A DNA stretch of 56,972 nt from a virus (lineage: Duplodnaviria; Caudoviricetes), in the IMG/VR virus record IMGVR_UViG_3300022750_000015, positions 1 to 56,972 of that record. One strand, written 5' to 3'. Within the stretch, counting starts at the first letter, position 1; every line of letters begins with the position of its first letter. Both the position numbers and the translations under genes were made by a program. Below the pieces are notes generated by a model, which was not told where the DNA came from, searched no databases, and was given only the letters and a program-made list of their open reading frames with translations. Positions 27,506 through 38,098 of the stretch are shown here, piece after piece.

Positions 27506-30500
27506 TTAGTAAACTGTTATTGTGCCGTTAAGCGGTTGTAGATAATATGAGTTAGTTCCGGTTGGAATAAGTTGAACCTTTTGACCTTGTGTAAGAGTTG
27601 CTCCGCCTGTACCCGCAGTTGTAGCGAAAGTAGTACCGCTTTGCATAGAATAACCGGATGGTACAACTATTTTAGCGCCGCCTGTGCCTGTTACAAGTAT
27701 GGTGATAATCTTAGTGCCATCAGATGTAAAACCATTACATGGGGGCAAAGTAAGGTTATACTGCGTAGCGGATGTATTTATATAATCCCCGTTCAATAGC
27801 ATGGTTGCATTAGCGGAAACGTTATAAGGCGTACGGTACATCGGGTCGTTCCCCTTAACCAAAGTATACCGAGTACCATCACAATAAAACATTGCACTAT
27901 TAAGGACATTGTACGTTGTCGAAGTTGTTTTTGTGTTTGGATCCCAAATATTGCCCCCTGACGAAATACTTACTTGAATGGTATTTGCGCTTGCATCTGT
28001 TTTAACAACCGTAAAGTAACTACCCCTGCTTAACTCCGAGTCGAACCCATCGGTTAATGCCGGCAATGAAAACGGGATATTACCAGATGTACAATCGTAC
28101 TGTACTATCCTATCGTATACGGTTGCACTATAACTTGCTGTTTTTGGCGTTGAGTTTACGCGTAGCTGGTTAACTTGCCTGAACCCTGCTAATGTATCGG
28201 TGTTTTGCGTAAGTGTTTTTTGGTATATGCTATTACTGTTTGGGCTGGTAGTTCTCAACTGAACACCGCCCAAGCCTGTATTCCCGTTTCTAACCTGCGC
28301 GTATGCTCCGAATAAACCACCAGAGCCTATTATGTTTATTCCATTGATATTTCCGCTTACGTTTAACGTCCCCGTTATTGTTTGAGGATTAACCTTATTA
28401 AGCTTGTCGTAGTAATAGCTTGTTAAAGCCAGGGTGTCGTTCGCGTTACCGTTTACAGGTAGTACATATGCGCGTGTTCCGGTTGTAAAAGTGCTTGGTA
28501 CTCTAAGGCTTACCGTTCCGGTTGCATTACTATCTACCCTTAACGTCCATGCACCGCTGGTTGTAACGGCGTTTCTTATCTCTACTGAACTGGTGAAAAA
28601 AGCAGGAGCTTTCCATCTTTTAGACCCAGTAACATCTTGGCTCGTTGTACGAGTTACCGCATCCCCCGCGGTGGTGGTATAAGTCCTATTTGCTGAAAGG
28701 TCTTGAGTTACACCATCAATAGTAATTGTTCTTGTAGGCGGAACACCAGAACCCGAAACTTCACTTGAATAGGCAAACTTTTGTATGCTAGTTCCGGTTG
28801 AATAACTTAGTCTATTATCAGCAACGTCAATAAAAAGCGAACCTAAATTATTTGCCGTTGCCGTTATGGCCGATTGCGGTTTAAACTGCAAGGGTGGTAG
28901 GGTGGAGCCGTTTGGATCAATTAAAAACATGGAATTATTATTAATTGACTTATTGCCGTCCATGTAGTTAGTGCCATGATACCTCAATAGCATATTACCG
29001 TTAATGTCTATTTGCCAAGGGTAGTAACCATTAATCTTGGCGTTAATATACTGCCCGCTTAATGAAACCTGACTTTGAGGAGAACCAAGTTCTACAATAT
29101 TAGATTCTGCATAGCTAATCCCATCAATGCTTTTGACAACAGGCACAGTAACAACAGAGCCGGCCGTGGCTGATGGAACCCTACCGCTGTTATCGACCGT
29201 GTTGCCTGCGCTATTAAACAAGTTTAATGTTACATTATTACCCGATAAGTCCCCCCTTGTGCTTCCGCTGGATTCGTCCAACTCATACCTTACAACTAAA
29301 TTTCCAGTATATGGCGGGTTGGTTCCTAATCCACTATTATAGTTAACCGCTACATTGGCAGCTGAAATATTTGCATTGCCGAATTTAACCTGGTCGAAGC
29401 TACCGCTACAATATAAACCCGGTGTTAAATCCCTTCCTATAAAAAAGCCAGCGCCGTTTCCAATATCTAAAGTTGCTGTTTGAGTTGCTTTAGCAACACC
29501 GTCTAAATAGGTACGTATTATAGTGCCGTCATATGTTACGTCAATATGGTGCCATTGTTGATCTGTTACAATATCGCCTGCTATATTTACAGTAACGTTC
29601 CCGCCTACACTATTTATTGCTCCAAACCTGGCGTTGCCACCTACAATTGATATACCTGCGGATTTAGCCACCGATCCCCATTTAACCATAACACCCTGAG
29701 TGCCTGAACCTGTATACCTATACCAGTAATCCACATAAAACGGTGACGCCCCTGATGGGAACAATGCATCGGAGGCGCTCGCATATTGTGTAGAGGACGC
29801 AAGCAAATTCAATGCGCGGCCTGCATTCCCAGCTGGTTTATTGCCATTGAATATGGTGAAGTTATTCAGTAACGCATCTAACTGCATGCCCCCTGAACCG
29901 CCTGTAGTGGTTAGGCTGAGTTTAGGTAGTGTTTTACTTATGGTCTGATCTGCTGTAAAGATATTAGGCAGTTCCCATCCCGCTACCGTATACGAAGCAT
30001 CTACGAAGTTGTAAACCCGGTCGGCTGTTAAAGCGGGGCTACCAAGTGTCCGCGTAAACCCCAACGGCGATTTCCATGAAAACCGACCTGTAGCATCAGC
30101 GAATAGGTTAAAGCCGCCTGTAGGCGTTGCTGGCATCGTGCTTTGCGACGGGAAGAATGAATAACCGTTGCCGCCTGTACCGGTAATATTAAACCCTTGC
30201 GCCAACAATCGGCCCGTATAGCTATTGCCGCGTGCGGCGACTACTTGTAGGTTTTCGTTGGCCAAATTAGCAGTAATGGCGCTATCAATTTGAGCCTGTG
30301 TTTTGCCTGAAGCAACGACGTCCCATCCTAAAGTAGTAGCATTCCACTCATAGTATACTTTAGGCGTTTTCACACTTGCATAGGTAAGGTTTCGCATATT
30401 AGCAGCTCCGTACCTGGTCACAAAACTGTCTCGGGCCGCTGTAGTTGAAAACGTAAGAAAACCTCCGTTCAACTCCTGGGCATTAGCTACAAAATTACTA

Positions 30501-30598
30501 CCGCTGGCGCTATGCAACCGGCCGTCAGCCCCGCCTACTTGTTGGGCGCTAACCGAGCCGGATATAAGGATAAGAAGATATATTATAAATTTTTTCAT
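27506..30598 (-). CDS. Large tail-fibre-like protein with signal peptide and LamG/ConA-like domain
   Basis: MKKFIIYLLILISGSVSA|QQ; WHHIDVTYDG...YLDG LamG motif; VPPTRTITIDG..DLSANRT fibre motif. Confidence 0.75.
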   Translation of the reverse strand: MKKFIIYLLILISGSVSAQQVGGADGRLHSASGSNFVANAQELNGGFLTFSTTAARDSFVTRYGAANMRNLTYASVKTPKVYYEWNATTLGWDVVASGKTQAQIDSAITANLANENLQVVAARGNSYTGRLLAQGFNITGTGGNGYSFFPSQSTMPATPTGGFNLFADATGRFSWKSPLGFTRTLGSPALTADRVYNFVDASYTVAGWELPNIFTADQTISKTLPKLSLTTTGGSGGMQLDALLNNFTIFNGNKPAGNAGRALNLLASSTQYASASDALFPSGASPFYVDYWYRYTGSGTQGVMVKWGSVAKSAGISIVGGNARFGAINSVGGNVTVNIAGDIVTDQQWHHIDVTYDGTIIRTYLDGVAKATQTATLDIGNGAGFFIGRDLTPGLYCSGSFDQVKFGNANISAANVAVNYNSGLGTNPPYTGNLVVRYELDESSGSTRGDLSGNNVTLNLFNSAGNTVDNSGRVPSATAGSVVTVPVVKSIDGISYAESNIVELGSPQSQVSLSGQYINAKINGYYPWQIDINGNMLLRYHGTNYMDGNKSINNNSMFLIDPNGSTLPPLQFKPQSAITATANNLGSLFIDVADNRLSYSTGTSIQKFAYSSEVSGSGVPPTRTITIDGVTQDLSANRTYTTTAGDAVTRTTSQDVTGSKRWKAPAFFTSSVEIRNAVTTSGAWTLRVDSNATGTVSLRVPSTFTTGTRAYVLPVNGNANDTLALTSYYYDKLNKVNPQTITGTLNVSGNINGINIIGSGGLFGAYAQVRNGNTGLGGVQLRTTSPNSNSIYQKTLTQNTDTLAGFRQVNQLRVNSTPKTASYSATVYDRIVQYDCTSGNIPFSLPALTDGFDSELSRGSYFTVVKTDASANTIQVSISSGGNIWDPNTKTTSTTYNVLNSAMFYCDGTRYTLVKGNDPMYRTPYNVSANATMLLNGDYINTSATQYNLTLPPCNGFTSDGTKIITILVTGTGGAKIVVPSGYSMQSGTTFATTAGTGGATLTQGQKVQLIPTGTNSYYLQPLNGTITVY

Positions 30599-30601
30599 AT
30601 T

Positions 30602-31522
30602 CTAATTAGTAATTACTGCTGAGGTGCTTATTGATCCGAAAGGGTTTTTACTCACTGAAATATAGTAAGTTTGCGATCCTCCTACAGTGTTTATGAATAC
30701 TCTACTTATGTTTAAATTAAACGCGGCATTCTGCGGAAAACCGTTAATATTTATGTTGTTAATAGGAGAAGTAGTCGCAACGAACATATATCTGTCGGAA
30801 GGCTGTTGAGCCAGTGTAGTCGTTATAAGTATATTGGCTCCGTTATTATCTTTAAATTGCGCTGCTATTATATTCGCGTCGGTCGGAGTTCCATCTCCTT
30901 GAAGAGCGCTTGTGGCAAAACCTGCATACCTGCGATCATAAAAGCTGAAAGACGTAGTAGGTGCTATAGATTTACCGTCAGTGGTTACAACTGTATTGGT
31001 GAATGTACTCGTCGTGTTACGTGGTACGTTAACCGATTGACTGCCCGAGATGGTACCGGGAGCCGCTGGCTGCGCGCCGAATATAGGGTATGTTTGAGAA
31101 GCTCCGGTAATTACCGCGCTTGCTATAGTGTTGGTCGTGGCCGCGCGCCCGTAAGTCCAGTTCAAACTATAGCTTAAGTTAGCTCCTGTAGGTAGCCTTT
31201 CCTGCGAAACGCCCCCGGTTAGAGTAGCTGTTGGTGGTGTAGTTTGGTAAAAGACAGCCTGTATCCATTGACCCGGTGAAATATTAGTACCGGGATTAAA
31301 ACCAACCGTAGGCAACGTGCTTATAGGACCTGCGGGTATGATTTCTGCGGCCGATGACAAACTATCACTGAGGTTAAATATCTGCGTCGCATCCCACAAT
31401 ATGCGGAGCTGCTTATCGCCGCTGACCGTACGGGTTTGTATGGTAGCCGTCTTACTTTGCCAAGTCTGCCCGTGGGCGACCGCAACAAAACAACATAAAA
31501 GTATAAATACTATTTTCTTCAT
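30602..31522 (-). CDS. Beta-rich protein with signal peptide
   Basis: MKKIVFILLCCFVAVAHG|QT; Thr/Ser-rich. Confidence 0.7.
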   Translation of the reverse strand: MKKIVFILLCCFVAVAHGQTWQSKTATIQTRTVSGDKQLRILWDATQIFNLSDSLSSAAEIIPAGPISTLPTVGFNPGTNISPGQWIQAVFYQTTPPTATLTGGVSQERLPTGANLSYSLNWTYGRAATTNTIASAVITGASQTYPIFGAQPAAPGTISGSQSVNVPRNTTSTFTNTVVTTDGKSIAPTTSFSFYDRRYAGFATSALQGDGTPTDANIIAAQFKDNNGANILITTTLAQQPSDRYMFVATTSPINNININGFPQNAAFNLNISRVFINTVGGSQTYYISVSKNPFGSISTSAVITN

Positions 31523-32019
31523 AGCGTTTTAAATTCGTTTATTCGAGCTTGCGTAATATCCAGCGTAACAGGTTGTCGGACGTATGTCCCGCCTAAAGAA
31601 CTGATGGCGGCTTGCAGTTTAGTAAGTTCACCGTTAAGTAAGGATATCTGCTGCTGCAAAGCGGTATTGAGCGCCTGATACCTAACCAGGTTATCTGCCG
31701 TACCGGCAAACTCTATGCTGCCGTTGTTATGTAACCAAATATAAGTACTGATATCACGGGTAGTATCGTTTTTTCTTGCGTAGATCCGGTGTTCGCCAGG
31801 TGCAGCCAATTGCTTAGTATTCAAATACCCTATGATAACCGGCTGGTCGTCCGTATCGGTTTCCATATATATAGCGTCCATGCCTTGCAGCGGGTTAGCA
31901 TCAGTACCAAACGGTGCAACCTCGTCGGCCGTCTTAGCTCCGTACTGAGCACCTTTAAACGACCGGCGATTAAGCTTATCGTATATTACGCTGTATATCT
32001 TGAATATGGTACCTTTCAT
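31519..32019 (-). CDS. Baseplate spike/assembly protein (Mu gp45-like)
   Basis: PFG...P, A.PGE.RIY pattern; directly after the hub gene. Confidence 0.6.
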   Translation of the reverse strand: MKGTIFKIYSVIYDKLNRRSFKGAQYGAKTADEVAPFGTDANPLQGMDAIYMETDTDDQPVIIGYLNTKQLAAPGEHRIYARKNDTTRDISTYIWLHNNGSIEFAGTADNLVRYQALNTALQQQISLLNGELTKLQAAISSLGGTYVRQPVTLDITQARINEFKTL

Positions 32020-33107
32020 CCGAATATGTTTTTAGGAGCGTCGCCGGTAAATGTTTCAGGCAGAACAAGCGTACCGCTCATTACCTTTTCGCCTGAACTC
32101 TCCGATATAACCGTACTATCCAGTATCATACGCACCTTATTAGGTATAGCCCGTTTAACGCTTTGCACCTCTATTACATCGCCCACACTTATTTTAGGCC
32201 ATCCGTTTAAGGTAAAAGCCAGTTTTATGTTATCCAGTTCGGAGGATCTTTTGTTACGGGCTGCTGTTTTAGTGGTATAAAACGTACCTGAACTGAGTAC
32301 GTCCACCGTAGGCCTATATCCTTTAACCAAAGGGTTACGTACCGTATCTATGGATTCTATCTTGAATGTATTGGTGGTCTCTCCGAAGTTCTCAAAGCCC
32401 CCGTCGTCACTTTCGTAATCATTATCAAACGCGTTACTATCTTCTGTATTTTTAGATGGCTGACGAATAGATGTAATATGGCTGTGCATATTCTGTCCGT
32501 TTACATCGAGCGTTAAATTTAACGTATTTTCATCGGTTAACAATATTTTGGCTTTATCGCCGATCTTAGGACGAAACATGATCAGGTTTCCGTATATATC
32601 GTGCGAGACAATTACGTTTTTCTGAGCCGCAATTTTACAAAGGTAATCCTTTACCGTTTCTTCCGGTGTGGCCACGCTCTTTTCGATAATCTCCGAGCAG
32701 GCGCTTTGCACTTCAGGGTAAACTATTAAAGTTATATTGAAATACTTCAAATACTTTTTAGCGATGGCCTCAAGCGACAGCCCGTTAGATTCCAACGGGT
32801 AAGACTCAGGCGGTATTTTACTATCCTCTAAAACACCTGGTACACTATACCCCGAGAAGTACACGAGATCCGGCATGGCCTCGATATTGAATCGATGGTT
32901 AAGTATCGTACCGGTTGATAGCAATGTATCGTCATCATCAAAGAACTGTACCCTATGATATGACAAAGGCCTGAACAGCTCTTCGTTACCTGGTATGTTG
33001 TTTTCGTGCGCGGTAAAAGCAAAAGTAGAAGCAACTGCCGCTAATGACGTGTTGATAGATACATCGTTAAAGAACTCGTAAAATTTACCGGCGACTTTTA
33101 TTTTCAT
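32016..33107 (-). CDS. Baseplate hub (Mu gpP/gp44-like)
   Basis: Size and domain pattern; position after the gpN-like gene. Confidence 0.65.
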   Translation of the reverse strand: MKIKVAGKFYEFFNDVSINTSLAAVASTFAFTAHENNIPGNEELFRPLSYHRVQFFDDDDTLLSTGTILNHRFNIEAMPDLVYFSGYSVPGVLEDSKIPPESYPLESNGLSLEAIAKKYLKYFNITLIVYPEVQSACSEIIEKSVATPEETVKDYLCKIAAQKNVIVSHDIYGNLIMFRPKIGDKAKILLTDENTLNLTLDVNGQNMHSHITSIRQPSKNTEDSNAFDNDYESDDGGFENFGETTNTFKIESIDTVRNPLVKGYRPTVDVLSSGTFYTTKTAARNKRSSELDNIKLAFTLNGWPKISVGDVIEVQSVKRAIPNKVRMILDSTVISESSGEKVMSGTLVLPETFTGDAPKNIFG

Positions 33108-34333
33108 ACGTAATAGCGTATCGTTGTACCTTTCGGTATCAAAAATAAAAACTTATTACGTATATTATTTATTTTTCTGAACGAATCGATATTTTTATCC
33201 TCTTTATCCAATCCTAAATACCTGTGAACTAAAACAATAAGATGTTCGTCTTTATCAGTTGTGACAATTCGTTCCTGTTTTGCATTAAAGGCTACTTCAA
33301 CCAACCCGTTAATAGTCTCACCTACGAGGCTTTGCAAGCTCTCCTGATTAACGGCAGATGCCGCATAGCTATTTGACGGTTTAACATCTTTGGTGTAAAG
33401 GCTATCAAGCGTACCGCGATACTCATTAAAGGTATCTCTCAAAATGCTGTTATACTCGTTTACTTGAATACGTGTATCGAAATCCCCTATTTGCGGAGCG
33501 GTTAAAGCTAAAGCCATGGCTGCAATAACCGATCCGGCTGCGGCCTCAAAATACAGCTTGTTATTTCTCACCGGTTTAAGCGTAACGGTGTTGATCAAAC
33601 TTCTGAAAACCGACTTAAATAAGTTAAATCTGTACTCCATGCCTATGTTAAACAGCGCGGGCTCCATTATAACCGTCTGCAAAGCATAAATTCCATCCGT
33701 AGGATAAAGTATGAGGTCGTTCAACTTAGACACAGCCCTGTTTTTCGCAAGCTGGTACTCGTTATACTTCTCGTTAGTAACAGTTTTGTCGATAAAAGCC
33801 GTAATCGCATTACTGCTTTCCTTAACCGTATTTACGTCGGCCGGCGTTAAAGCAACCTTATTTCCGTACTCTTCGGATGATATGACGTGAAACTCTTCTG
33901 CCTTAGAAGCTATGTTATCCTGGAAAGATACCGACTGTTTGGGGCTGTTAGAAGTTATGGTCTCTAAGAAATCTACCGATATGCGCGTAATGTTCATAGC
34001 TGAACTATCTCTAAAGATAGACAGCGGCTGACCGGTTATGTCTCCGTAATAAGGGTGATGGACAACCCACGCCCGGCTATCCTTGGCGCTAAGCAAAAAG
34101 GCGTTAGACTGATCGATATTATCTTCGCCCTGGAATACGAACAAGAGCGGGTACTTATCGGCTTTGGCTTTTTTGCGCACAACCAGACTACCCTCTTTAT
34201 TGATGAAATCAAACACCGCCGCATTAAAATCCGTGGTTGATTCTGAACCTTGCGGGAAGTCCGGGTACCACAATTTGCCATCGCCTGTACGTATGGTAAA
34301 TATGGTATTCTCTATTTTGTCCTTCCAACTCAT
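33104..34333 (-). CDS. Tail/DNA-circularisation protein (Mu gpN-like)
   Basis: MSWKD start, HPYYG motif, C-terminal LysM-like N.I....IPKG. Confidence 0.65.
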   Translation of the reverse strand: MSWKDKIENTIFTIRTGDGKLWYPDFPQGSESTTDFNAAVFDFINKEGSLVVRKKAKADKYPLLFVFQGEDNIDQSNAFLLSAKDSRAWVVHHPYYGDITGQPLSIFRDSSAMNITRISVDFLETITSNSPKQSVSFQDNIASKAEEFHVISSEEYGNKVALTPADVNTVKESSNAITAFIDKTVTNEKYNEYQLAKNRAVSKLNDLILYPTDGIYALQTVIMEPALFNIGMEYRFNLFKSVFRSLINTVTLKPVRNNKLYFEAAAGSVIAAMALALTAPQIGDFDTRIQVNEYNSILRDTFNEYRGTLDSLYTKDVKPSNSYAASAVNQESLQSLVGETINGLVEVAFNAKQERIVTTDKDEHLIVLVHRYLGLDKEDKNIDSFRKINNIRNKFLFLIPKGTTIRYYV

Positions 34334-35070
34334 GTTCTTAGTATTTTATCGAACTGCCTTTGCGCTTCTTTAGCGTAAAACATCGGCAACTTAGGGACGG
34401 TTAAATTAGCGGCTTCTCTGCTGAAGTGCGTGGGCTTTATATTTACGGGCTGGCCCTCCCGGTTCATAGTTAGTATTTTAGATTTTATGCGCAGGCCTTT
34501 GCGCTTAAATTTCTTAATGCTCGTTACCTGTAAGGTGAAACGCGTACCGCGACTATCTTTAAAGGCGAGTCTCTTCTTTTGCTTTAAGGCTACGTAAGCC
34601 GCCGCTACGAATTTACTGCTTTGTGTAGTAGCCCGTTTAAACTTACCACGAACATTCTTATTCTTATTATAGTATTGGGCCTTGGTAACCTTTCGCGCGT
34701 TATTGCCACCCCTCGTAGCTTTAAGGTAGTGCAGCCCTTCGCCTATGTCTCCGCCCTCTTCTTGCTGGGCTAAGTGCCTGATAGCAGGAACGACCTTTGA
34801 TACACCCTGAGCTGTCATACCTACCTCAGACTGCATACTGTCTACATTCAGCCCGTTAGCTTTACTTACACCACTAAATCGCTTAAAGAACGTAGGTACC
34901 CGTCTTATGAAGTTACGGGTAGCCGATTGCTCGAGCGTATTCATCTTAACATCAAAAGCGGCCGCGTTTAACGTACCTCTTACGGCCAAGGGAAAAGCAG
35001 ATTTACGTATCTGCTCTAACTTGTTGGTTAAAGTTCTTGATGCCGATAAATCTACGAATATTCTGGCCAT
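34330..35070 (-). CDS. Basic virion morphogenesis (neck/tail completion) protein
   Basis: 246 aa, PLAVRGTLN.AAF pattern. Confidence 0.5.
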   Translation of the reverse strand: MARIFVDLSASRTLTNKLEQIRKSAFPLAVRGTLNAAAFDVKMNTLEQSATRNFIRRVPTFFKRFSGVSKANGLNVDSMQSEVGMTAQGVSKVVPAIRHLAQQEEGGDIGEGLHYLKATRGGNNARKVTKAQYYNKNKNVRGKFKRATTQSSKFVAAAYVALKQKKRLAFKDSRGTRFTLQVTSIKKFKRKGLRIKSKILTMNREGQPVNIKPTHFSREAANLTVPKLPMFYAKEAQRQFDKILRT

Positions 35071-35071
35071 G

Positions 35072-36256
35072 TTAATAAACCGGTAAAACCCACTTTTTAG
35101 CTACATCGCTTCCGCAAAAATACACATCTGTTTTAAATATAACGATATTACCAATATTACCCGGTATAGTTATACCTGATACAAAAGCCCCTGTGTTCAG
35201 GTCGTACTGCTCTATGGTGCCCGATATAAAAGCGTATAGCTTACTATTATTTATTACTGCGTTAGTAGTTTTCCTGAATGCCCCGTCCAGTGTTACCGTA
35301 CTGGCCGGAGCGAAAACAGCTCCGGGTAAATCCATAGCGTATTTTGCTATAACGTTCTGCCCTGCCGCGTTTCCTGCGTTGTTAGTTAGGTAAAGTGTGG
35401 ATCCGTCGGTGTATGCATATGGCTGTCTGTCAGTAGCGCCCGAAGCAGGTAAACCTGCAGCAGCTATTAGCACCGGTGCATTACCTAAATTACTGGCATC
35501 GAACCTGTAAAACCTGTACAAGCCTGTAGCTGGTCTTAGTGTGAGGCAAACGATATAACTGCCTACAGCCAGCATTTCATACACCAATACCGAAGCGTCG
35601 GATTCGGCCGAACGTATAAGACCCTGCAAATCGTATTGCTCCGGGGTATCCGCAAACAGGACGCCCTCGCTTTGATACCAAAGCTTACCTGAGTTGTTGA
35701 AAGCTAAAGGCGTACCGAGTACCGGGAATATCTCTGATGCGGTATTGCCGCTTGCTGCGGAAGTCCAGCTGTACGCACGTACGCCCGTTTGGTCTAATAT
35801 GAGCAGCACTTCGTCCGTGGCCTTGAAACCTGTAGGCGAAGTAAAGTTATAAGTCAAAGGTCCTACGCCTTTAAAGGTGTAAACCGTATCGGGATTATAT
35901 CCTGTAAGCGCCCTGGCGATAAGGAAATACTTATTAGGTCTGCTGGCTATTTCTATAGGCACCGAAAACACCGTGCCGGCCGCTGATAGAGGCTGCTCTA
36001 CGTCATTGTACGTATTGGCTAATTTTTGAAGGGCCTCTAAAAGCTGATAGCTTGTGAGCTCGCTGTCCTCAATAGCGTTCGGCTCTATGCCAACCGTCCG
36101 GAGTATAGCATACACATTGGATAAAACGTCCTGGTATATCTCCCTAACTACCGGAGTACCGGTATCGGGCGTAGTCTCGTTGATTACGGCACCGTCAGGA
36201 TGTGCCGCTGACACCTCCTTAGGTATGCCGGCACCAAGCATGGCTACGGTTCTCAT
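35072..36256 (-). CDS. Tail fibre-associated structural protein
   Basis: N-terminus (GTPV...D...D.E..YQ..AL) resembles that of 36253..37308. Confidence 0.6.
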   Translation of the reverse strand: MRTVAMLGAGIPKEVSAAHPDGAVINETTPDTGTPVVREIYQDVLSNVYAILRTVGIEPNAIEDSELTSYQLLEALQKLANTYNDVEQPLSAAGTVFSVPIEIASRPNKYFLIARALTGYNPDTVYTFKGVGPLTYNFTSPTGFKATDEVLLILDQTGVRAYSWTSAASGNTASEIFPVLGTPLAFNNSGKLWYQSEGVLFADTPEQYDLQGLIRSAESDASVLVYEMLAVGSYIVCLTLRPATGLYRFYRFDASNLGNAPVLIAAAGLPASGATDRQPYAYTDGSTLYLTNNAGNAAGQNVIAKYAMDLPGAVFAPASTVTLDGAFRKTTNAVINNSKLYAFISGTIEQYDLNTGAFVSGITIPGNIGNIVIFKTDVYFCGSDVAKKWVLPVY

Positions 36257-37308
36257 AATTGTATTACTTCTATATGTATTTTTAAGCTTTCGTTGCCCGC
36301 CGAGGTAGTAACTACCGCGAACTGGAATTGCGTAGCATTAACCGGTACGAATACAGGATTAATTACGTTCCTGTCAGCAGCTATGTTCCCTTGCGATTCA
36401 ATAGCATGCCTAACCATGTAATTCGTGTTATCCATGGCATTCTGTAAAGTTACCAGGTAAGTAGTAGTAAAACCACCCGGAAACGTTGACTGCGCTATGG
36501 CGTTAGTTATGTTGCCGCTTACCGGTTTAGATACTGACGAAGCCGGTTCGCCCGGATCTACACCAGAGAACCACCCGCGATTACGCACATTCGTAAGACC
36601 GTCTAACTTCTGTTTATCCGCTAAAGACATTAGGCCGTTACGTATAGTACTGACCAGGTAATCATCGCTATCCGCTCCGTTCACCCGACGGATAAATGCC
36701 GTAAGGTTACTAAGCGGGGTGGTAGCCGCAGTATCTATGGCTCCGTCGTTTTCCTGATCTTGAGTAGCTGCTTTAAGAAAAGCCAAAGCGGTTATTAGCA
36801 CATTAAGGTTATCAGCAGTTGCCAATCGGGTGATGATCATATTAGCCCCGTTGGCGGTTATCAATACGTAATCATTAGCTTTGTAAGAGCTGGAAACACT
36901 TATACCTTTTGTTACTGCCGGTGTGGTTCCTTTTATAGTCGTCTCCGCCCCTTTGTCTACTAACGCCTTAGCTATAACAAACTCGCCTACGCCCATGGTT
37001 TCGATTTTAACTGTAAGAGTTAAAACCCCGGCATCAGAACCTAACTGTTGTATGAAGTCATTCTTACCGGCAAAATTCAACAGCGCATTTATGTACTGAT
37101 ATCCGTTAGTCTCATTATCAAAAGTACCGGTATAGTCCAAGCCCGCTAAGCGCATCAGCTTATCGAAAAACTCAAATATATCGCTATGAGTTACACGGGC
37201 AACCGGCGTACCGTTATCGCTACCGTCGTTATCTTGTATCTGGCCGTTGGGGTATGCCGCCAGGTCGGATTTATCTATATTTGGCTGATCGCCTTTGTTA
37301 ATTGCCAT
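36253..37308 (-). CDS. Tail fibre protein
   Basis: Follows the gp48-like gene; NGLMS.ADK.KLDG fibre motif. Confidence 0.7.
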   Translation of the reverse strand: MAINKGDQPNIDKSDLAAYPNGQIQDNDGSDNGTPVARVTHSDIFEFFDKLMRLAGLDYTGTFDNETNGYQYINALLNFAGKNDFIQQLGSDAGVLTLTVKIETMGVGEFVIAKALVDKGAETTIKGTTPAVTKGISVSSSYKANDYVLITANGANMIITRLATADNLNVLITALAFLKAATQDQENDGAIDTAATTPLSNLTAFIRRVNGADSDDYLVSTIRNGLMSLADKQKLDGLTNVRNRGWFSGVDPGEPASSVSKPVSGNITNAIAQSTFPGGFTTTYLVTLQNAMDNTNYMVRHAIESQGNIAADRNVINPVFVPVNATQFQFAVVTTSAGNESLKIHIEVIQL

Positions 37309-37309
37309 A

Positions 37310-38098
37310 CTACGTAAAATTAACTAATAAAAATGCAACCATATGTGCCGGTTTTAATTTTAATACTTTTAGCCTAAACTCTTTCTCTCTGAACTGCGAT
37401 ACAGTAGCAGGCTGTTCAAGCGTTTCGCCGGATATGAAAAAGGTAGCCCACAAATTACCACCGACTGAATAATTTTCGGCTCTATCGCTGTTGGCCACTA
37501 CGGAATAACCGCCGCCTCCGAATTGCGTTCCGCCTCCGAATTGCGTTCCGCCTCCGAATTGCGTAGCCTCGGTCGAATCGCCTATTACCTCAGCTGGTGT
37601 TTTACGGTATATGTTGCCGCCCCCGTCATAGAAAAAGTTATTATAGACACGAACATTAAACCCATCCTGCCGTAAAGCGTTTTCTACGTACAGCCTATGC
37701 TGCCTGGCTTTTACGTTACCGGGGAACGCCATTCGGCGATATATAATATTTGTTCTCTGCGCGAGGTTAAGCGCCGGATTGTACTCAATACCGTACCGCC
37801 ATTCCCACATAGCCGCGTCATCCGCATCGAAATTATCATTATCAGGGAAGGCTGAATCCAGCAAACCCTCCATATCGTCTATTAGCGTTTGAAACGAAGT
37901 GTTAAACGCATCGTGTAGCTTTACGAAATTACTGCCTTCCGGTAAATTAAAAGCTCGGCCTGTAGGGTAGAGTAACGAAACCAGCTTAAACAAATCTACA
38001 GGCGGAGGCGTTACGCGCGGGTATCTGTGCGGCGTATCGAATCCGTGAGGGGTGTTTAGCCCGTGTACGGTGCTATCGTCTGTTACCTCGTAAGCCAT
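37310..38098 (-). CDS. Baseplate wedge protein (Mu gp48/DUF2313-like)
   Basis: LYPTGRA, WE..YG, KLKPAH motifs. Confidence 0.75.
   Translation of the reverse strand: MAYEVTDDSTVHGLNTPHGFDTPHRYPRVTPPPVDLFKLVSLLYPTGRAFNLPEGSNFVKLHDAFNTSFQTLIDDMEGLLDSAFPDNDNFDADDAAMWEWRYGIEYNPALNLAQRTNIIYRRMAFPGNVKARQHRLYVENALRQDGFNVRVYNNFFYDGGGNIYRKTPAEVIGDSTEATQFGGGTQFGGGTQFGGGGYSVVANSDRAENYSVGGNLWATFFISGETLEQPATVSQFREKEFRLKVLKLKPAHMVAFLLVNFT
37512..37564. repeat. 18-bp tandem repeat x3 encoding TQFGGG
   Basis: ccgcctccgaattgcgt(t) at 37512, 37530, 37548. Confidence 0.9.

Noticed and set aside
22788-37308. Diversity-generating retroelement or invertible tail-fibre cassette
   Set aside because: No reverse transcriptase or invertase, and no template/variable repeat pair noticed by eye
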